Shown piece by piece: positions 1 to 9,934 of a stretch of 52,847 nucleotides of DNA. The notes below the pieces were generated by a model. That model was not told the DNA's origin, ran no database searches, and saw nothing but the letters and a program-made list of their open reading frames with translations. A program made the translations under genes and the position numbers. Source of the DNA: Acidimicrobiales bacterium (GTDB lineage Bacteria > Patescibacteriota > Minisyncoccia > Phycocordibacterales > UBA918); the NCBI GenBank assembly GCA_047638595.1, contig JBLIMJ010000005.1, positions 1 through 52,847 on the forward strand, written 5' to 3'. Positions within the stretch are counted from its first letter, which is position 1. Each line of letters begins with the position of its first letter.

Positions 1-382
1 ATGCGATGCGGTTACTTCCATAGCCACTAGTGAGACTACTCCCACTTTCTGTAAAAACCAGTGCATTTGCACCTCCTAGACAGTTTTGTTTTGATGTTCC
101 TCCATCTGGCAAATTACTTCCTAAGAGGTTGCTCTCGAGACAATAATAATTCAGACCAGTGCGAATCTCACGAGTCATACTGTCTAGTGCAAACGATACA
201 TTAGTGACTGCCAATTGTGCATTTTGTGCTTTTGAATTGGCATCAATAAGTACCACTAGTGTGCCCACTGCCATGGTAACCACACTGCTAAATAGTGCCA
301 ATGAAACCATTACCTCAACAAGCGTAAAGCCTGTATCCCAATTCTTCTCTCCCTTGTATAACAACCAATCAAACATAATCAT
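1..382 (-). CDS. Minor type IV pilin / prepilin-type protein, truncated by window edge
   Basis: Manual translation MIMFDWLLYKGEKNWDTG|FTLVEVMVSLALFSSVVTMAVG...; class III signal motif GFTLVE; ATG overlaps the TGA of the upstream pilin gene (ATGA). Confidence 0.85.
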   Translation of the reverse strand, partial: MIMFDWLLYKGEKNWDTGFTLVEVMVSLALFSSVVTMAVGTLVVLIDANSKAQNAQLAVTNVSFALDSMTREIRTGLNYYCLESNLLGSNLPDGGTSKQNCLGGANALVFTESGSSLTSGYGSNRIA

Positions 383-2547
383 CCTTTACGCACCAACGAC
401 ACCAGCGCATCTACTGCATAGTCTACCACTCCAATACTCCATGACAGTGGTATACCAACTATCATCAGTGCCTTTCCTACGATAGATCCTTTTTCTATGG
501 CTCCCATCTGGTATGCCATTTCATGTGACCATGGTGCTGCGAATATGTTCACGAAGTGTGTCACTGATTGTGAAGATTGCATTTTTCGTACTACTGGTTT
601 TGCCCAGAAGTGATAGCCACGCATGGTTAGTGGAGACACTGTACTTCCAAATTCTTCGTCTACTACGTAGATGGTTTCGGACATTAAGCCTTGGGCGTAG
701 AGTTCGGTGCAGATGACTGACCCCCCACCACCACTTGGAGGTGGGGGTGGTGGAGGTGGTGGAGTAGATGTAACCGCATTTACAGTAGCTGAGTTTCCTG
801 ACAAGTTACCTGCGTTGTCTATTGCTCTCACTCGGTAGTAATACCGGGTACTGTTAGGTAATCCTGTATTAGCATAGCCACTGGAGGTGAGGCCACTTGC
901 TATTTGGCTGTATGTGCCACCATTTGAATTTGATCGATATACACGATAGCTTGAGAAGTCTGATTCAGTATTATTACTCCAGTTTAAAGTAATTCGTCTG
1001 GTGCCTCCGACAGCCGAAAGACTACGGGGGTTTGCCGGAGCAACAGTATCCGCAGTAATTGCATTTGCGGTGTTTGAATTTCCTGACAAGTTACCTGCGT
1101 TGTCTATTGCTCTCACTCGGTAGTAATACCGTGTATCGCCGGTGCCGGGTAACCCTGTATTAACATAGCCACTGGAGGTGAGGCCACTTGCTATTTGGCT
1201 GTATGTGCCACCACTTGAATTTGATCGATATACACGATAGCTTGAGAAGTCTGATTCAGTATTATTACTCCAGTTTAAAGTAATTTGTCTGGTGCCTCCG
1301 ACCGCAGAAAGACTACTCGGGGGTGCTGGTGGGGTGACATCCATAGGTCTCGCGTTTGCGATATTAGAATTCCCAGACACATTACCTGTTGTGTCTTCTG
1401 CACGGACTAAAAAGTAGTACATTGTGCCATTGGTGAGGCCTGTACTATTAAAGTTTGAGGTGTTGAGCAATCCTGAAATGGAACTATATGTTCCACCACT
1501 TGAACCTGATCGATACACACGATAACCTGCAAGGTCTGACTCGGAGTTTGCGCTCCAGTTAAGCGTGACTCGTTCTTCAGCTGCTGTTGCAGCGAGACCT
1601 GTTGGGTTTACGGGAGGAATAGTATCCCTAGTAGTTGCATTTGCGGTATTTGAGATTCCTGAAATATTACCTACATTATCTATTGCTACCACTCGGTAGT
1701 AATACAGTGTACCACTGGGCAACCCTGTATTAACATAGCTACTGGAGGTGAGGCCACCTGCTATTACACTGTATGAACCACCTACTGGTCTTCGGTAGAG
1801 TGTGTAGCTAGCAAAGTCTAACTCGGTGTTTACGTTCCAGGTGAGGGAGATCTGAGCAGTTCCTCCTGTTGCTGCAAGACCTGTTGGGTTTGCTGGTGGA
1901 GTAACGTCAGGTGGTTCAATCACATCTGAAAAAGTTTTTACTGAAATCTGTCCAGTTGGATACACTACAACGACACGTTCAGACGAAGGATCCATGATGG
2001 AAGACACACGGAAATCCATATGATCTACCATTTCACCGAGATGTGCAAGTGGGCTCCCTGTGTTTTCTTGATACGTAAGGTTACTATCAAAATCAGGACT
2101 TTTAAATGAAATCGATGCATGTTGGTAGTTACAGTGCCCAAAGCCTCCACTGACAACACAAATCTCACTTATCTGAAATCGCGGATCGAGAAAAAATGTT
2201 TCGATAGTCTCATCACTAGTGTCATACAGTAAATCAGTTCCACTACTTTCACCGTCTCTAAACATCGTATATTTATCGGGTGAATCTAGGTTGACATAAA
2301 TACCATATGCCTCGCGTGACACACTGCTGCCGACCTTGGAACCAACTCCATATACTTGAGCGGTGCGTATATCTAATGCTAACTCCAAAGCTTGTGACTT
2401 AAGAAGAGTGATGTTATCAAAGGAAACATATCCAATAAGAATGACCCCTGTTACCAAGGTAACGATAGCAACGGTCACCATAAGTTCAATCAGTGAGAAT
2501 CCTGATTGTATTTGTTTTTTACAATTTGTATGAAAAGAAAAGAACAT
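379..2547 (-). CDS. Large minor pilin/adhesin: pilin N-terminus, 4 fibronectin type III repeats, Pro/Gly linker, C-terminal VICTEL domain
   Basis: QSG|FSLIELMV prepilin motif; four FN3 repeats (P..L.A...LxW...Y.VYR...YYYRV.A.D..GN.S); poly-Pro then GGGGS. Confidence 0.85.
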   Translation of the reverse strand: MFFSFHTNCKKQIQSGFSLIELMVTVAIVTLVTGVILIGYVSFDNITLLKSQALELALDIRTAQVYGVGSKVGSSVSREAYGIYVNLDSPDKYTMFRDGESSGTDLLYDTSDETIETFFLDPRFQISEICVVSGGFGHCNYQHASISFKSPDFDSNLTYQENTGSPLAHLGEMVDHMDFRVSSIMDPSSERVVVVYPTGQISVKTFSDVIEPPDVTPPANPTGLAATGGTAQISLTWNVNTELDFASYTLYRRPVGGSYSVIAGGLTSSSYVNTGLPSGTLYYYRVVAIDNVGNISGISNTANATTRDTIPPVNPTGLAATAAEERVTLNWSANSESDLAGYRVYRSGSSGGTYSSISGLLNTSNFNSTGLTNGTMYYFLVRAEDTTGNVSGNSNIANARPMDVTPPAPPSSLSAVGGTRQITLNWSNNTESDFSSYRVYRSNSSGGTYSQIASGLTSSGYVNTGLPGTGDTRYYYRVRAIDNAGNLSGNSNTANAITADTVAPANPRSLSAVGGTRRITLNWSNNTESDFSSYRVYRSNSNGGTYSQIASGLTSSGYANTGLPNSTRYYYRVRAIDNAGNLSGNSATVNAVTSTPPPPPPPPPSGGGGSVICTELYAQGLMSETIYVVDEEFGSTVSPLTMRGYHFWAKPVVRKMQSSQSVTHFVNIFAAPWSHEMAYQMGAIEKGSIVGKALMIVGIPLSWSIGVVDYAVDALVSLVRKG
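794..1302. repeat. Near-identical intragenic direct repeat (FN3 domains 3 and 4)
   Basis: About 794-1011 and 1079-1302 are almost identical at DNA level, with a few substitutions and a 6-bp indel. Confidence 0.9.
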
Positions 2548-2549
2548 AA

Positions 2550-3440
2550 TTATAGTATCGACGCCATAAACACCAAGACGTCCACCTGATACACATATAC
2601 TAACAGAAATGCTGCAATCATAAATGGAGCAAATGGTACTTCACTCTTCATTGTAAGAGATTTAGAATAATTTACCACTGGCGTCTGAGGACAATGAGTG
2701 CATCGCAGATATAGATTCTTTATTCGCTGCAATACAACACGTATGATGTGGACCATATAAGGAAACCATATGATACAGAGACTAATCCCCGCTCCTATCC
2801 AGAATGAAAAAATAACCATAGAAAAAACAGCAGGTGTACCTACGATGAAACCAAGAGGAATCGCCAGCTTCGCGTCACCAAATCCAATCCATCTTCCCTT
2901 GGAAACAAACCACAACCCCCCATAAAACAAGAAGGCACCAAAAGCTGCCAGACTGTGCATCAGCAATGCAGTAAAAGACCACGACTGATAATAGAACAAA
3001 CCAAAGTATAGAAGTGCGCATGCGCTCGTAACCAGCACTAATTCATTAGGGATGATCATGTGGTACATATCGTAGACCGTAATAATCATAAGCACCGTTA
3101 TCAGTGCCATTGAGAACCACAACAACATCCCCATTGGAAGTTGTATGTAGAGCAATAAAAATAACAACGCGGTGGAAAATTCTACTAAGAAATAACGAAC
3201 AGGGATTTTACAACCGCAGGACTTGCACTTTCCAAGTAAAAAAACGTAGGAGCATAAAGGAAATAATTCATACCACCGTAAGGTATGCCCACACGAAAGG
3301 CAGTGCGAATGTCCAGACAAGGACTTCCCTGTATGGAACCGATAAATGACCACATTTAAAAAGCTGCCAATAATGAGCCCTAATATAAAAACAAAGGTGT
3401 ATTGATACCAGATAGGTAGCAACGTTAATAGCTGTAACAT
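2550..3440 (-). CDS. pilD: Prepilin peptidase (A24 family)
   Basis: GSFLNVVIYR, CxxC pairs, YD and GFGDAKL aspartates, PFAPF; start moved to ATG 3440, which lies 6 nt after a TACAAT box. Confidence 0.92.
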   Translation of the reverse strand: MLQLLTLLPIWYQYTFVFILGLIIGSFLNVVIYRFHTGKSLSGHSHCLSCGHTLRWYELFPLCSYVFLLGKCKSCGCKIPVRYFLVEFSTALLFLLLYIQLPMGMLLWFSMALITVLMIITVYDMYHMIIPNELVLVTSACALLYFGLFYYQSWSFTALLMHSLAAFGAFLFYGGLWFVSKGRWIGFGDAKLAIPLGFIVGTPAVFSMVIFSFWIGAGISLCIIWFPYMVHIIRVVLQRIKNLYLRCTHCPQTPVVNYSKSLTMKSEVPFAPFMIAAFLLVYVYQVDVLVFMASIL

Positions 3441-3533
3441 ACCACTATTGTAGCGCACAAATCCTCCGGATTTATAGGATACAAACACCACAGGAATATA
3501 GTGAGCGTTTCTCTTGGGAGTAATACACTTATT

Positions 3534-3575
3534 GATAAAACAAAAAACTCCCCAAGGGGAGTTTTTTGTTTTATC
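3534..3575. terminator. Intrinsic terminator downstream of the major pilin
   Basis: GATAAAACAAAAAACTCCCC-AA-GGGGAGTTTTTTGTTTTATC perfect inverted repeat. Confidence 0.8.
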
Positions 3576-3589
3576 TGTGCGTAATTAAA

Positions 3590-4006
3590 TTACGGACAAA
3601 CGGTTGCAGTTGCGTTATAACTTGCAGCTACGTGCTCACCTGAACCACCTAAACTGTCAACACAATAGAAATCAGTTGAAGAGACGAGCGATGAAGTGAT
3701 TCGGTATGCTGTTGCGCTTGAATCGCACATATCAGCTGCAATACTACCACCAGCATTCTCTACCGCATCACTTGCGTTTGCGAGTACTGCATCACCACAA
3801 AGACCAGTGTATGTATTAGCGGTGTCGTCATAGAACAGCTCGGCCTGCGCCCGAGTGTTATTAATACTTGACTTAATAGCTGCATCAGCCCCTTTACTTC
3901 TAGCTGTGTTCAATGATCCCAATACCACTGAAGCGAGGATACCGATGATTGCAATTACAACCAGGAGCTCGATGAGCGTGAAACCTCGATTTAATTTTTG
4001 TTTCAT
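3590..4006 (-). CDS. pilA: Major type IV pilin
   Basis: RG|FTLIELLVVIAIIGILASVV, 138 aa, C-terminal Cys residues, own terminator. Confidence 0.88.
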   Translation of the reverse strand: MKQKLNRGFTLIELLVVIAIIGILASVVLGSLNTARSKGADAAIKSSINNTRAQAELFYDDTANTYTGLCGDAVLANASDAVENAGGSIAADMCDSSATAYRITSSLVSSTDFYCVDSLGGSGEHVAASYNATATVCP

Positions 4007-4286
4007 ATTAATGAAATTATTTTTTATAATTAATAATTATGTCTATTTGTATTCAGTCATCAGCTGAGTGACCCAATAAAAACAAACGTAACTCCACGTT
4101 GTGTGGATTTCTCTATTATAGAGGTATTTTGTACATAAATATTACCCATGTGGGGAAAACCTCCACAACTGACATAAACTGCAGCAAAGTTTTTCTCTTT
4201 TGTGAAGTAGTCATAAGAGTTACGTTTCAGGGCTGATAAATAAAGCACGAGCTTTCTTTCCCATTTATCAAAATAGGTTCTGGATT

Positions 4287-4501
4287 AATACAATCTAAAA
4301 AACTGGATGGATTGCGCGATGGACAAGAAAGAAAACCTGAGCGGGGCTTCATGCCCAGCGTGAGAAAGTCTGGGAGACTTTTGCAAGAGGTTGGCTAGTA
4401 TTTTGAAGAATGAAAAATACTGACGACCTGAACAGCTTCTGTAAGAAGGGTCTATTTTCGCAGTCTAACAAAGCAAGTCGCCAGTTTTTTTAGATTGTAT
4501 T
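4287..4501. repeat. Palindromic element whose arms mirror the pilC 3' end and which encloses a structured module
   Basis: AATACAATCTAAAAAACTGG (4287-4306) vs CCAGTTTTTTTAGATTGTATT (4481-4501), one indel; internal 4360-4448 is homologous to 29931-30020. Confidence 0.75.
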
Positions 4502-5698
4502 GGTGAGATTGTAGATTGGCATAAGCACTGACGCCAACAACGTACCAACTCCCAGCCCGAGCATTACAATCATAATCGGCTCAATCAAACCAATAAGTGT
4601 ATCCACCGCATTATCTACTTCACGTCGGTAAAACACTGCAAGAGTACTCAGAATCTCTCCCAAGTTACCAGTTTCTTCCCCTACTTTCGCCATCTGTGCC
4701 AATACCCCTGGTATTTCTGGATATTCAGAAATAGTATCAGCAAAAGACCTTCCTCCTTTTACCTCAATGACAGTGTATTGAATAATCTCTTTATAAATAC
4801 GGTTATCTACCACGTCTGCTGTAACTTCAAGTGCTTTCACCATAGAGATACCACTGGTAAGCATTGTAGAAAGGTTGTCACACAACCGTGTGAGATATAA
4901 CTTACGATTGAGATCACCAAGATAAGGGATGGAAATCTTCAGACTATCCATAGTGTATTTACCGACTTCAGTTTGAAGAAAACGCCATATACCAAATCCT
5001 GCACCTGCTACAAGTACAAATAAAATTGCAATATAGTCTGTTAGGAATGAAGACATACCAATAACGATTTTTGTATAAATAGGAAGTTCTTGACCTGACT
5101 CAGTTAGAATTTTTGCAATTTTTGGAATAACTAATGTGAGCATCAGACCCATTACTACAAAGAACGTTCCGACCACAAATGCAGGGTAGACCATGGCGTT
5201 TCGTGCTTTGCTAATCAACTCATACTGGCGGTCAAGGTAGTCAGCCAGGAATGAGAAAGATTTTTCCAAAGAGCCTGTTTCTTCTCCAGAACGAACCATA
5301 CTGATATAAAAATTTGAAAAAACATCTGGGTGTGAACTCAAAGAACGAGAAATAGAACTTCCTGCCTGCAACTCGTCTGCGACTGTTCCTAGTACCTTTC
5401 TCATTTGTGGATTTTCAGCTTCTGCTGCAAGAAGTCTAAAAATACGCAATGCAGAAACTTGCGCAGAAAACAATGTGGACATCTGGCGGGAAAGTATCAC
5501 GACTTCCTTGTGAGAAATAGACTGGAACCAGTTGATTTCAAGATTGAGCAACGACGATTTCTCGTCAACTTGATCAATCGAGATGACTGTGTATCCTTCT
5601 TTTTGCACTCGGGAAATTGCAGCATCCACCCCAGACGCTTCAACAACACCTTCGCGCGAAGTGTTGTGTGAATCGATTGCTTTGTAATTAAATAACAT
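4490..5698 (-). CDS. pilC: Type IV pilus inner-membrane platform protein (PilC/GspF)
   Basis: Two GspF repeats, GEETG motifs, YP and EP motifs, 402 aa. Confidence 0.93.
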   Translation of the reverse strand: MLFNYKAIDSHNTSREGVVEASGVDAAISRVQKEGYTVISIDQVDEKSSLLNLEINWFQSISHKEVVILSRQMSTLFSAQVSALRIFRLLAAEAENPQMRKVLGTVADELQAGSSISRSLSSHPDVFSNFYISMVRSGEETGSLEKSFSFLADYLDRQYELISKARNAMVYPAFVVGTFFVVMGLMLTLVIPKIAKILTESGQELPIYTKIVIGMSSFLTDYIAILFVLVAGAGFGIWRFLQTEVGKYTMDSLKISIPYLGDLNRKLYLTRLCDNLSTMLTSGISMVKALEVTADVVDNRIYKEIIQYTVIEVKGGRSFADTISEYPEIPGVLAQMAKVGEETGNLGEILSTLAVFYRREVDNAVDTLIGLIEPIMIVMLGLGVGTLLASVLMPIYNLTNTI

Positions 5699-5710
5699 AT
5701 ATTAGATGTA

Positions 5711-6781
5711 CTACATTAATCGTTCGAGTCCCACTGGATTAACTGAGTATGAGAATGCATTCTCGACAGTAATCTCTCCACGTTTGACTAAATCAAGAAG
5801 TGATCGGTTCATATCAATCATTCCGTGTTCAAGACCTGTTTCAATCAATGACTGAATTTCGTGTGTCCTTCCCTCTCGGACCAAGTTTGCTACTGCTGTA
5901 TTATTTACCATGAGTTCATATGTTGGAACAAGTCCTCCTGATATCCTTGGGACTAATCTCTGTGAGAAAATACCTGCAAGCGAACCTGCAAGCTGTACAC
6001 GAATCTGATCTTGCTGCCCCCCAGGGAATGAGTCGATGATACGATCGATTGTCTGCGCAGCACTATTGGTGTGCAAGGTAGACAATACAAGGTGTCCTGT
6101 CTCTGCTGCAGTAACTGCAGTACTGATAGTTAGAGCATTACGCATCTCACCCACAAGAATCACATCGACATCTTGCCTGAAAATACCATTGAGTGCGCTT
6201 TCGAAGCTTACTGAATCAACACCAATTTCACGCTGATCTACCAGCGCCTGCTTTGGATCGTAAAGATATTCAATAGGATCTTCAATAGTTACAATATGGT
6301 CGGCACGGTTTTGGTTGATATATTCAAGCATCGCCGCCAGCGTCGTTGTTTTACCCTGCCCTACAGGACCCACACAGAGAAAAAATCCTTGTTTTCTTTG
6401 TGCAAAACTCTCGAGAATTGGAGGGAGACCAAGCTCTGCTAGTGTGCGGATTTTATTAGGAATCAAACGTAATGCTATAGCCATCGAACCACTTTGGAAA
6501 AATCCGTTACCACGAAAGCGAATACCGTCAGAATGAGCATAAGAAAAATCTACTTCAAAAATATCTTTGTACTCCTTGAATTTTATATCTGATATTAAAG
6601 CTTTTGCGAAACCTTCAAGATCTTGATCAGTAAGAATTGGTTTTTTAATAAGTGGTATAAGTGACCCCGTTACACGCACAATCGGATGAGACCCAACTGA
6701 TAAGTGTAAATCGGATCCTTGTTCAGTAACAACAATATCAATCAAATCTTTTAATTCTCGTCTGTAATCAACTGTTGCCAT
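5711..6781 (-). CDS. pilT: Pilus retraction ATPase PilT
   Basis: SDLHL, GPVGQGKTTT, TIEDPIE, GEMR, ETGHLVLSTLHT, NLVREG. Confidence 0.93.
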   Translation of the reverse strand: MATVDYRRELKDLIDIVVTEQGSDLHLSVGSHPIVRVTGSLIPLIKKPILTDQDLEGFAKALISDIKFKEYKDIFEVDFSYAHSDGIRFRGNGFFQSGSMAIALRLIPNKIRTLAELGLPPILESFAQRKQGFFLCVGPVGQGKTTTLAAMLEYINQNRADHIVTIEDPIEYLYDPKQALVDQREIGVDSVSFESALNGIFRQDVDVILVGEMRNALTISTAVTAAETGHLVLSTLHTNSAAQTIDRIIDSFPGGQQDQIRVQLAGSLAGIFSQRLVPRISGGLVPTYELMVNNTAVANLVREGRTHEIQSLIETGLEHGMIDMNRSLLDLVKRGEITVENAFSYSVNPVGLERLM

Positions 6782-6784
6782 ATC

Positions 6785-7147
6785 TTATGAAATTAAACTA
6801 TGTACCTTTGTTACAACCTCACTTGGAATAGACTCGGCCTTGATGATATATCCAGCTGCACCAGCTTCTGTTGCAGCCTGTATATCGGTCTGTTCACCTT
6901 GATTAGAAAGGACTATACACTTCGTATTTTCTGCAGTGCTATTTTTCCGAATCTCTATCATAAGCTCGATACCTGACATACCGGGCATCACCATGTCTAA
7001 CAAAATGACGTCGAACACTTCATCAGTGAGAATAGATAACGCTTCGTGACCGTTTTCGCCTACACGAACTTGATCTCCACACTCAGTGAATTTTGTCGCG
7101 TACATATCACGCAAGAACCTATCATCATCAATAAGTAAAATCTTCAT
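6785..7147 (-). CDS. Single-domain response regulator (receiver)
   Basis: LIDDD, LLDMVMPGMSG, GAAGYIIK. Confidence 0.9.
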   Translation of the reverse strand: MKILLIDDDRFLRDMYATKFTECGDQVRVGENGHEALSILTDEVFDVILLDMVMPGMSGIELMIEIRKNSTAENTKCIVLSNQGEQTDIQAATEAGAAGYIIKAESIPSEVVTKVHSLIS

Positions 7148-7156
7148 ATATATGTA

Positions 7157-9004
7157 TTATACTCCAAGTACTTTTGGCGATTGGGGGTTATCGACAGGTT
7201 GTGTGGAAAATGACATATCTTCAGTTTTTATCCCAGATAGATCTTCAGCTTCCTCGACATTGTTATCCAGACCAACTTTGGAACCAAACGCAGTCATCTC
7301 TTCGTAAGGTATAACATGATCTAGTGCTTTAAAAATTGCATCTTCCTTCAATGTGGTAAAACCATTTTCGCGTGCCACATTGTAAATCTCTTCTTCTGAA
7401 CCTCCACTTAAAATAAGCTCTCTGATTCTGTCATTAACCTCAAAAGTTTCCATAACTGCGACACGACCTTTCGTTCCTGTGGTACATCCTGGAGTTGATT
7501 CTGGATGCATCATGGTTTTATTCTTTGGAATACGATCATGATACTGTTTTGGGAGCGTAGAAAATTCTTTATCAATCATTGTTTGCACACTCCCTTCAAT
7601 ATTCATCTCTGTACCCGTATCAGGACATAACCGCCGAGCAAGACGTTGAGCAATTGCCAATTTCAATGTTGGTGCAATCAGGTACGGATCGACTCCCATG
7701 TCGATAAGACGAGGAATTACACCAATGGAGTTATTGGTGTGAATGGTTGAGAATACTAAGTGTCCAGTCAGCGCAGCCTGTATGGCGAGTTGTGCCGTTT
7801 CTTTATCACGAATCTCACCAACCATAATAATGTCTGGATCCTGACGCAGCGCACTTCGCAAACCAGCAGCAAATGTATATCCGATTTCTGGCCTCATTTG
7901 AGACTGACTGACGTCAGCAATATTATATTCTACTGGATCCTCCAAAGAGAGTACGTTTTTTGTTATTTTATCAACTTCAGACAGAATGGTATACAGCGTT
8001 GTTGACTTACCCGAACCAGTTGGACCTGAGATCAGGATAATGCCATATGGTTCTTTCACTACTTCACGTATCACCCCAAGGTGATACGGTGATATCCCTG
8101 TATCCTCCAAACTACTCACACCCCGTTGATTATCTAAAATACGCATAACAACCTTCTCACCGTGATTGGTAGGCAAAATAGAAACACGGAAATCAATTTT
8201 TCGGCCATCGAAAGTTGCGGAAAAACGACCATCTTGTGGTTTACGTTTCTCATCAAGTCGCATTGAGGATAAAATTTTTACGCGTGCGACTGCAGCATCC
8301 TGAACATTTTTGGGTAATTCAAGACTCTTTACCAATTCACCATCAACACGAAAACGAACCACCACCTTTCCCCCCGTTGGTTCAATATGGATATCAGATG
8401 CGCCACCGTCTACTGCATAACGTAAAATAGTTGCAACAATCTTAGTAACAGGAGCGTCTTCCTTAAGGTTGCTTACCTGTTGTTTTGCATCTTGCCCATC
8501 GGTTTCACCTTGCTTTTCAGCAATATCAGCATCAAGTTCGTTTTCAAGCGAATCAAGTGCTTCATCTACTTCACCTGTAAGGGATTCATACACCTGTAAA
8601 GCTTGCTCAAGCTCCTGATCAAGCATAAACACTAACTTGAAGGGTATGTTCTGTTTTGTACTCACAAAGTTGAGTGCTTCGCGTAATTGTAGATTTTCTG
8701 GATCATTCACTGCGACAATAAGTATATTGTCTTCTACCCGTAAGGGAAGTAATCGATAGTGCCGTGCAGATTCTTCTGGAATATAGGCGAGTACTTCACG
8801 GTCAATCGTATCATCGGTAGTTAACTGTTGAGGCGGTATTCCATAATATTCAGCAAAAGTACTGCGCACTATATCTGCAGACACACCAACTTGTGTGAGT
8901 GCTTTTTCATACGAGATTCCTTCTTTTGAAACAGCATTTTCGACATCCACCCTATCTTCCGATGTCAAAGCTCCAGTCTCCACTAATGTGTCGAGTACTT
9001 CCAT
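7157..9004 (-). CDS. pilB: Pilus assembly ATPase PilB/GspE
   Basis: ASDIHIEP, PQDGR, GPTGSGKST, LRQDPD, GEIRD, TGHLVFSTIH. Confidence 0.93.
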   Translation of the reverse strand: MEVLDTLVETGALTSEDRVDVENAVSKEGISYEKALTQVGVSADIVRSTFAEYYGIPPQQLTTDDTIDREVLAYIPEESARHYRLLPLRVEDNILIVAVNDPENLQLREALNFVSTKQNIPFKLVFMLDQELEQALQVYESLTGEVDEALDSLENELDADIAEKQGETDGQDAKQQVSNLKEDAPVTKIVATILRYAVDGGASDIHIEPTGGKVVVRFRVDGELVKSLELPKNVQDAAVARVKILSSMRLDEKRKPQDGRFSATFDGRKIDFRVSILPTNHGEKVVMRILDNQRGVSSLEDTGISPYHLGVIREVVKEPYGIILISGPTGSGKSTTLYTILSEVDKITKNVLSLEDPVEYNIADVSQSQMRPEIGYTFAAGLRSALRQDPDIIMVGEIRDKETAQLAIQAALTGHLVFSTIHTNNSIGVIPRLIDMGVDPYLIAPTLKLAIAQRLARRLCPDTGTEMNIEGSVQTMIDKEFSTLPKQYHDRIPKNKTMMHPESTPGCTTGTKGRVAVMETFEVNDRIRELILSGGSEEEIYNVARENGFTTLKEDAIFKALDHVIPYEEMTAFGSKVGLDNNVEEAEDLSGIKTEDMSFSTQPVDNPQSPKVLGV

Positions 9005-9009
9005 TGCAA

Positions 9010-9297
9010 TTAATTTTTAGCGAACGGATTCTCCTGACCAATAGGTACTGGGATTACTTCAGGTGTCATGTTAATCAATGAAGTAAATCTTTCATCTTCA
9101 AAAAGAACTACCTCTAAATCAATTGCCTCCAAGTTGCTAAGTTTCCTTAGGAACTGCTCAGCACCTGCGTTTTCTTGAGGTGTTACTTCCGTATTCTGTA
9201 ATACTACCTCATCCTTTTTTACATATAAAAAATATCCAATACCCAGCAGGGCAAAAATCCCGAGAAGAATGAGTCCATTTTTAAATAAAGAAGACAT
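9010..9297 (-). CDS. Small pilus-cluster membrane protein (PilP position)
   Basis: N-terminal TM, C-terminal G.ENPF, between the pilO-like gene and pilB. Confidence 0.6.
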   Translation of the reverse strand: MSSLFKNGLILLGIFALLGIGYFLYVKKDEVVLQNTEVTPQENAGAEQFLRKLSNLEAIDLEVVLFEDERFTSLINMTPEVIPVPIGQENPFAKN

Positions 9298-9305
9298 ATA
9301 AGATA

Positions 9306-9923
9306 TTAATTATTTGTATAGATGTATGAGTACGCACGCAGAGTAATCTTGTATTTTGTATCAGGTTCAAGCCCATCAACTGAGCTACCTTGATTGGAAG
9401 ATCCTGATTCACTTGAAGTCTCACCAAATACGAGATCAGTTATCTCGAGAGGATACTGATTTTTCTCCAAAGTTTCTAGAAATACCTTAAACTGTTCGTA
9501 CGTTCCTGAAATATTAATCGAAAAATCTCTATGTTCTAGTGCATCAGGGTCGGGAACCTCTCCTTCAAATACATACTCTCCAGGAGAATCATCTGAATCA
9601 GAACCTTCAGAAGTAAGTTCTTTCACAGTAACGTCACTTTTATTTGCTATTTCTAATAAGGTAGACATGATTGATACTACATCAATTTTCTTGGGGAGAT
9701 ACAGATTCAAAGCTTCTTTGTTCGATAACTTTATCGCCTTTTCATCCTCTACTAACGCTCCAACATCATCATTTAGTTCTTTTGCACTATTAGCATATTC
9801 TGTGTATTTTTCTTTTTCTTTTTGAATGCCCTCTAATTCAAGGAATGTAGGCTTAATATATATCACAACAATAACGATTGATATTATAAAGAGGACTATT
9901 TGTGAAAGTAATTTATATCCCAT
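9306..9923 (-). CDS. pilO: PilO-like protein
   Basis: TM, coiled coil, YLP, GTYEQFKVFLETLE motif; synteny. Confidence 0.75.
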   Translation of the reverse strand: MGYKLLSQIVLFIISIVIVVIYIKPTFLELEGIQKEKEKYTEYANSAKELNDDVGALVEDEKAIKLSNKEALNLYLPKKIDVVSIMSTLLEIANKSDVTVKELTSEGSDSDDSPGEYVFEGEVPDPDALEHRDFSINISGTYEQFKVFLETLEKNQYPLEITDLVFGETSSESGSSNQGSSVDGLEPDTKYKITLRAYSYIYTNN

Positions 9924-9934
9924 ACAAAATAAAG

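Noticed and set aside
159-485. 108-aa plus-strand ORF
   Set aside because: Antisense to two pilin genes that carry clear motifs on the minus strand.
794-1302. Diversity-generating retroelement TR/VR pair
   Set aside because: Both copies are in-frame FN3 domains of one gene, they differ by an indel as well as substitutions, and no reverse transcriptase is in the window.
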